27,071 nt of DNA from a virus (taxonomy: Duplodnaviria > Caudoviricetes): the IMG/VR virus record IMGVR_UViG_3300006024_000021, positions 1 through 27,071 of that record. One strand, 5' to 3'. Below the pieces are notes generated by a model that saw only the letters and a list, made by a program, of their open reading frames with translations, was not told the origin of the DNA and did not search any database. Below are positions 22,079-27,071 of the stretch, in pieces. Made by a program: the position numbers and the translations under genes. Every line of letters starts with the position of its first letter. Position 1 is the first letter of the stretch.

Positions 22079-22609
22079 CTAAGATGATAGCACATTCGGA
22101 CTACCATATGCAACCACTGATGAGCATGGCCAAGAAAAGCCAGGAAATCCGATACCTAGAGGATCTAAGATCCTACCTATAGGTAACTTGTAGCAGAATA
22201 CGGTTTTCGATTGTGCAATGAGAAGTCTTGTGTGACCTATTCCTCCGTCTTCTATGGTCAACATAGAGCATGGATAAGGAACTGGTTTCGGACACACGGA
22301 TTTTCCACACGGGCACATGTGTATTACTATATTAGTACACGGTGATGGGTGATTAATGAACCTGTCACCAAACGTCATAGTTGGTAAGAAGTTCGTTAGT
22401 ACCGTTGCCTTAAGTGGATGTAGCGGACCAAAGGGTATCAATGCTAAAGGTGGCCACCAACATGTCCACTGTTTAATCTTGATAGGGTACATAGGAGGTG
22501 GTCCTGCACATCCCATGACACAATGAACTGTGGACGGAATACATATCCCGTGCCCAGAACAAGGCAATCCCGTAATTGGTGCTACTGGTAAGAGAAATCC
22601 GTATGCCAT
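22079..22609 (-). CDS. PAAR-like spike-tip protein (T4 gp5.4-like) with Cys/Pro-rich insertions, 176 aa
   Basis: The pattern CSGH...WPP...GDRFINH...GH...SKTVFCYKLPIGRILDP...C..VVAYGSPNV parallels T4 gp5.4/PAAR (3 His + Cys metal site). It sits in baseplate context. Confidence 0.75.
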   Translation of the reverse strand: MAYGFLLPVAPITGLPCSGHGICIPSTVHCVMGCAGPPPMYPIKIKQWTCWWPPLALIPFGPLHPLKATVLTNFLPTMTFGDRFINHPSPCTNIVIHMCPCGKSVCPKPVPYPCSMLTIEDGGIGHTRLLIAQSKTVFCYKLPIGRILDPLGIGFPGFSWPCSSVVAYGSPNVLSS

Positions 22610-22612
22610 AAT

Positions 22613-25600
22613 TTAAGTTTCACTAAAATGATTCTCAGGTATGATAAATTCTTTATCAAATTCGTCCCTATCCGAATCGGATGGGTCATAGGATGCTGGA
22701 CTTATCCTCTTAGTATTATCTATTAGAGTACCAGGATTAGTCAAATTAGTCATATTTCCGAATACTAGGTCACATTCACTAAAGTATGGGTTACCAAAGT
22801 TCTTAATAGACTCACCATAGGTGATAGTAGATCCCGTATTGTAGTTCAGCACCGTCATTGTTCCGTTAAATGGTCCAAGAAGGATCTCAAACTCACTCAC
22901 GAGTCTCGGATTTATAGCAATTGCTGCGTCAGATACGAAATCAAGTGCTAAATGTCCCGCACAAGGAGGATTGGCAATATACCCAACTCCCCAATAACCC
23001 GTAGATGCAGTTTTATTGGTACCTGGGTTTGCAGGGTTATATCCGCAATACACATCTAAGCATCCATTAGGGTTACTAGCATGACGGAGATAGGTATCCC
23101 AACATTCATTAGGAGGCACTCCATTTACGGGCATGGCTACAGTTATATCCGTATAACTCCATTGTCGTACATCAAGTTCCTGCCCAGTCTCAGGATCCTC
23201 CTCATGAGCAATCCATGTATAGGAAGTTCCTGGTGAATGGTTTGTTAAATTGCCACCTAACCAAGTTTGGAACTGTTCATACTCCGAAAATCCTCCTCTG
23301 TTGTAATCATAGGTATTTTCATCACTACCAACAGGTACAAATACTATATCAGATGCATTACTTGGGTCACGATAACATCTTCCTTCGATATCACCTCGTT
23401 TACATGGCCAACACTTGCTATTTCCACCTGGACCTGAGTCTCTAGTGAAGGTTAAACTGGGTTCTGGCATATTTCTTAGGAAGTTCATGAAATCTTGCCC
23501 CTGAGGACCAGTTGTATGCCCCTCTAATGCCATAGAAACCCTAAAACTAGCCTTCTCTGCCTTTGATGCACAATATTTGTACACCATGTACCCATATGCC
23601 CTCTGTTTCTTCTCTTCATTTAACTCAATATAAGGACAAGGTATGTCAAAGAAGCGAGTAGCGGTGTAAAGTTTAGGTTGAGGGAGTTTAATACAGTTCT
23701 TTCTGTTATTCCAACCCCATAAATCAGAGAATCCGTCACTTCTATCGTCTGTAAGTCGTACCGCACTCAACATATCGGGGTATTGGTTGTTCATCATCTC
23801 TCTAAACCGTGGAGATGCCTTAATTGGACCTGTTAAATCGTCTGCAGTGAACAATGCATCCTCAAAAATGTTAGGAAAATCGATTCCTATACAGGTTGCA
23901 GGGAAATTAGAGCATAAATCCGTACTCTCATCATCATAATCCTTGATTCTAAGGTAACCAGTAGGGTACTTTGTAGTAAATCCGTTCATCATAGTGTTAA
24001 AACCACCTATGATACCGTCATCCATCTGGTTTATCTCCTCTTCTTCAGCATCAGACCCACTTTTGATCGCATCTTTTAGTCCATTCTCTGCTCTAATGTT
24101 GTCTTTAAAGGTTTTTGTTGATAAATTTACGTTAGGACCACGCATTTTATACTCTTCCTTCTCAGTATCAACGATATAGATGTTCGGTTTGTTGTTTGGA
24201 TCGGGATCATACCCTGATCCACGGTCTTTAATCAGTATTTCTACTATAGATCCGTCCTCATTAATATTTGCTATCTCTAAAACTGCTTTCTTTAGCGGAG
24301 TTTTACCTTTTCCTTCACCACTTGCTCTCCGTAATTGCTTCGATCCTGTGTTTACTACAGTATTTGTACCTTTTATTTGCACATCACCCTGTGAAGCACC
24401 CTTACCATAGGGCATTAAGTTCTCTCTTTCCTGATATGACTCACTCATATCCTCTTCTAGCACCGCAGACTGCTTCTTTTTGATATCTTTCATACCAAAA
24501 TTGTTCTTAGTACCGTCTGGATTGTTAACTGGGTCGTTCGGAGAGTTCACAAATTGCTGATCCCAACCGCCCATGTTGTGAAATACCTTCCTTGCATTGT
24601 CATTAGCGGATCTTTCAGTCAAAACTGCAGGTTGTTCTATCTCAATCTTCGGTTGAGCATACCCAAATCCACCATTAATGATATCTACACTCTGTACTTG
24701 CCCCTCAGAATTGATATTTGCTCTTAATTCTGCTGAGTCTAGGGTACGATTTGCTATTAATTGTTGTGGATCTATCTCTACACGGTAGTAAGTGATCTTT
24801 TTAGGGAACTCATACACCCCAAAGAACGCACCTTTGTCCCTAATACCATATCCAGCAAGCACTTGTGCTACTCCACCGTCTGTAGAAGTGTATGAACCGT
24901 TGTATGTAAAGGGTGCACCTGCTATATCTCTACTAATATTCTTAACTCTAGTCTCTAAAGTGTAAGTACCTGCACCTAATGTCATAGGGAAAGTCTCATT
25001 ACCCATACCATTAGAGTAATTAATCTCCCTATCCACAAGGACAGTACTACCAGAGTCAGTGATTTTCATGTAACCGTAGTTGTCAGACTCGATTCTTAAG
25101 GAGTAAGTACCTGCACTAGGGATAGTAAACGTCGCAGTATGCACTTGCCATACACCAATATTAGGATCTACTGCATCATCTGCTGGTTTTACAGGGTATA
25201 TACCGTATGCATCCATGTGTGCTGTCCATGGAACAGCAGCATTAGTAGGTGCACCTATAGCAATCCATGACCCTTTCTCTGTAACTGAGTTAGTAATCTC
25301 CCCACCACTACTATTAGTAATACGCCAAGCTACGCAAGCAGGGTTAACATACCACTTATTGTCATCAGAAGCATCCCAACTAAGCTCCATATACCCTACT
25401 TTTAGTTCATCACCGAAATATCTGACCTGTGTAATGTTCCATCCGTTGATCTTTTCACCAATAAAGAAGGATCCTGTAGCAGTTGTGTACCGAAATAGTA
25501 TTCTTGTACTGGTTGTATCCGCAACTAAGAACGATTCATTGACATTTTTAGACTTCATGTCAGATAAAGTCATCTTAGTTTTAAGTGTCTCCCAACAATC

Positions 25601-26827
25601 TGACCTCACTTCGTAGAATCTACTGTATTCTATAGGTACTGGTACGCAAGAAGGACACCCTTCAGCGTCAGTTGAGTTAGGACAACACGCTGCATCACTC
25701 AAACTGAAGTTAATTCCGTAGACAGGACCGTTCCATGGGTACGTTGTATCATACAAATAGTATATAAACTGCGAATCATACGACTGCTCGAATGAAAGAT
25801 AGCGGGGAAGTGCTGCTTTTACTGCACCATTCCTACCATAGAACCACTCAAACAGTGCATCTGTGGTATTAACACCAGCTACATTGTCTGGATTACCCCA
25901 ACCTTGGATCGCAGGTACGCCATTTTGCTCTCGAAGATACTTTAAGAGCGTCCACTCGTTATTCCATTGGTACCAATTCGATCTATTTACGTTACATTCC
26001 CCTGTTGGACCTATAGATCCGATGTCAGCATAGGTGGTTACAGCACTAGAACTCTTGTCTAACTCAAAACAGTAACCAACTATACCTACATATCCCCATA
26101 ATCCGTCTCTTGTGTCCTTACAATCAGGTACCCCACCACCAGGATTCTGCAATCCTACCTCTTGTGCAGGGTTGATGGTGTAAAAATGGTCTCTCTTAGA
26201 CGTATTGGTGTTGTAATAATACTCATAGAGAGGTCTTACTGACTCTCCTGCTGCTTTATATACGTCTGCGTTCGCTTGACTTGTCCAAATATACCCTATA
26301 GTCTCTACATTAGCGTACCCCGAAGGTGGAGACTGTGTAGTAGAGAGCATTGTGTCGTTCAGAGTTGCATTATAATGCCTATACAACGCTGTAGAACCTG
26401 CTGCTTGCTCTCTTGCTATATGAAATACTGCTCTTCCGTCACGAGGTTCACGGTTATACCCCTCCATGACTTGTTTTGCATTAGGATCATTGGGAAAATC
26501 AGTCTGATGATCTAATACTTTCTTATTAGTATAGGTATGATCTTGATATTTACTACGATACCACCTATAAACGGGTCTCCTAAACCCATCACAGTTACCT
26601 ACACAGGTCTCATCATCATCTCCAAGATATAAAACTACGTCCTTACCACCTATCATCGATCCTGGACCGAAGTTGTTAAAGGTTATCTGGTAATTGGTAC
26701 CTGGTCCGCTATGATTATCGTGGGATTGATACCCACCAAAAGCAGGACGCTGGAATGTTTGTCCAAAAACAGCTTCCGAAACAACGTTGGGATAACTACG
26801 ACCAGTTTCTATGATATAAGCTGGCAT
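22613..26827 (-). CDS. Large multidomain virion structural protein (DUF5648-like triple repeat, PA14-like domain, GGxGY repeats, Cys-rich C-terminus), 1404 aa
   Basis: Repeats VYRWY..DHTYT, LYRHYNATLNDTMLST and LYEYY..DHFYT. PA14-like FTIPSAGTYSLRIESDNYG..LGAGTYTL. Also INGGFGY and DRGSGY. Its start abuts the upstream stop (TAGATG). Confidence 0.75.
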   Translation of the reverse strand: MPAYIIETGRSYPNVVSEAVFGQTFQRPAFGGYQSHDNHSGPGTNYQITFNNFGPGSMIGGKDVVLYLGDDDETCVGNCDGFRRPVYRWYRSKYQDHTYTNKKVLDHQTDFPNDPNAKQVMEGYNREPRDGRAVFHIAREQAAGSTALYRHYNATLNDTMLSTTQSPPSGYANVETIGYIWTSQANADVYKAAGESVRPLYEYYYNTNTSKRDHFYTINPAQEVGLQNPGGGVPDCKDTRDGLWGYVGIVGYCFELDKSSSAVTTYADIGSIGPTGECNVNRSNWYQWNNEWTLLKYLREQNGVPAIQGWGNPDNVAGVNTTDALFEWFYGRNGAVKAALPRYLSFEQSYDSQFIYYLYDTTYPWNGPVYGINFSLSDAACCPNSTDAEGCPSCVPVPIEYSRFYEVRSDCWETLKTKMTLSDMKSKNVNESFLVADTTSTRILFRYTTATGSFFIGEKINGWNITQVRYFGDELKVGYMELSWDASDDNKWYVNPACVAWRITNSSGGEITNSVTEKGSWIAIGAPTNAAVPWTAHMDAYGIYPVKPADDAVDPNIGVWQVHTATFTIPSAGTYSLRIESDNYGYMKITDSGSTVLVDREINYSNGMGNETFPMTLGAGTYTLETRVKNISRDIAGAPFTYNGSYTSTDGGVAQVLAGYGIRDKGAFFGVYEFPKKITYYRVEIDPQQLIANRTLDSAELRANINSEGQVQSVDIINGGFGYAQPKIEIEQPAVLTERSANDNARKVFHNMGGWDQQFVNSPNDPVNNPDGTKNNFGMKDIKKKQSAVLEEDMSESYQERENLMPYGKGASQGDVQIKGTNTVVNTGSKQLRRASGEGKGKTPLKKAVLEIANINEDGSIVEILIKDRGSGYDPDPNNKPNIYIVDTEKEEYKMRGPNVNLSTKTFKDNIRAENGLKDAIKSGSDAEEEEINQMDDGIIGGFNTMMNGFTTKYPTGYLRIKDYDDESTDLCSNFPATCIGIDFPNIFEDALFTADDLTGPIKASPRFREMMNNQYPDMLSAVRLTDDRSDGFSDLWGWNNRKNCIKLPQPKLYTATRFFDIPCPYIELNEEKKQRAYGYMVYKYCASKAEKASFRVSMALEGHTTGPQGQDFMNFLRNMPEPSLTFTRDSGPGGNSKCWPCKRGDIEGRCYRDPSNASDIVFVPVGSDENTYDYNRGGFSEYEQFQTWLGGNLTNHSPGTSYTWIAHEEDPETGQELDVRQWSYTDITVAMPVNGVPPNECWDTYLRHASNPNGCLDVYCGYNPANPGTNKTASTGYWGVGYIANPPCAGHLALDFVSDAAIAINPRLVSEFEILLGPFNGTMTVLNYNTGSTITYGESIKNFGNPYFSECDLVFGNMTNLTNPGTLIDNTKRISPASYDPSDSDRDEFDKEFIIPENHFSET

Positions 26828-27070
26828 CTATTCTAATTCTTTGATACGACCCTCCAACATATTTAGTCTCGTATACAGATCGTCAAAGAGTTGACCTAGA
26901 TTAAGGTAGTCTTCATACCCCTCAGGTTTATATTTCACCATATCAGCACCAGGCGGAGGCATCTTACTAAATGCTTCTTCCATATGCTTAGAGCGTTCAG
27001 CAAGGTTTTGGAGTGATTTACCTATCATCTCCATATGCTCTTGATACTGATTTAAAAAAGATTCATCCAT
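26828..27070 (-). CDS. Hypothetical coiled-coil protein (start at the window edge, may extend upstream)
   Basis: 80-aa ORF with heptad-like segments (LQNLAERSKHME, LYTRLNMLEGRIKELE). Its stop is directly adjacent to the next ATG. Confidence 0.75.
   Translation of the reverse strand: MDESFLNQYQEHMEMIGKSLQNLAERSKHMEEAFSKMPPPGADMVKYKPEGYEDYLNLGQLFDDLYTRLNMLEGRIKELE
26860..26866 (-). promoter_or_regulatory. Possible late promoter variant CTAAATA
   Basis: The + strand tatttag lies ~33 nt upstream of the 1404-aa gene ATG. It is a short motif in AT-rich DNA, so support is weak. Confidence 0.35.
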
Positions 27071-27071
27071 A

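Noticed and set aside
23215-26515. Plus-strand ORFs of 61-133 aa
   Set aside because: They are antisense to the 1404-aa gene and have no independent support.
1-27071. tRNA, rRNA or other ncRNA genes
   Set aside because: Intergenic gaps are all under ~35 nt and no such structure was recognised.

Overview
All real coding is on the minus strand, in one tightly packed virion-structure module of a T4-like myovirus. The gene order and protein types point to a marine cyanomyovirus, but the host is inferred. In transcription order (right to left) the genes are: an 80-aa coiled-coil protein, a 1404-aa multidomain virion protein, a Cys-rich PAAR/gp5.4-like spike tip, a 45-aa Lys/Arg-rich peptide missed by the ORF track, a minimal SET-domain methyltransferase, gp25, gp6, and a giant gp7-like baseplate wedge protein. 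That last ORF starts at 19076 and runs without a stop off the left edge (at least 6358 codons). It is absent from the ORF track, apparently because it has no stop in the window. It is a mosaic of GGxGY repeats, a YHYH-like domain, a beta-propeller, two LamG domains, two CBM-like modules and nine nested ~100-aa 'YPR..DP' repeats. The most interesting part is six alpha-helical repeats that resemble phycobiliprotein (globin-fold) subunits and keep the bilin-attachment C-x-x-D/E motif, which raises the hypothesis of a pigment-binding virion. All translations and alignments were done by eye, and reference sequences were recalled from memory.
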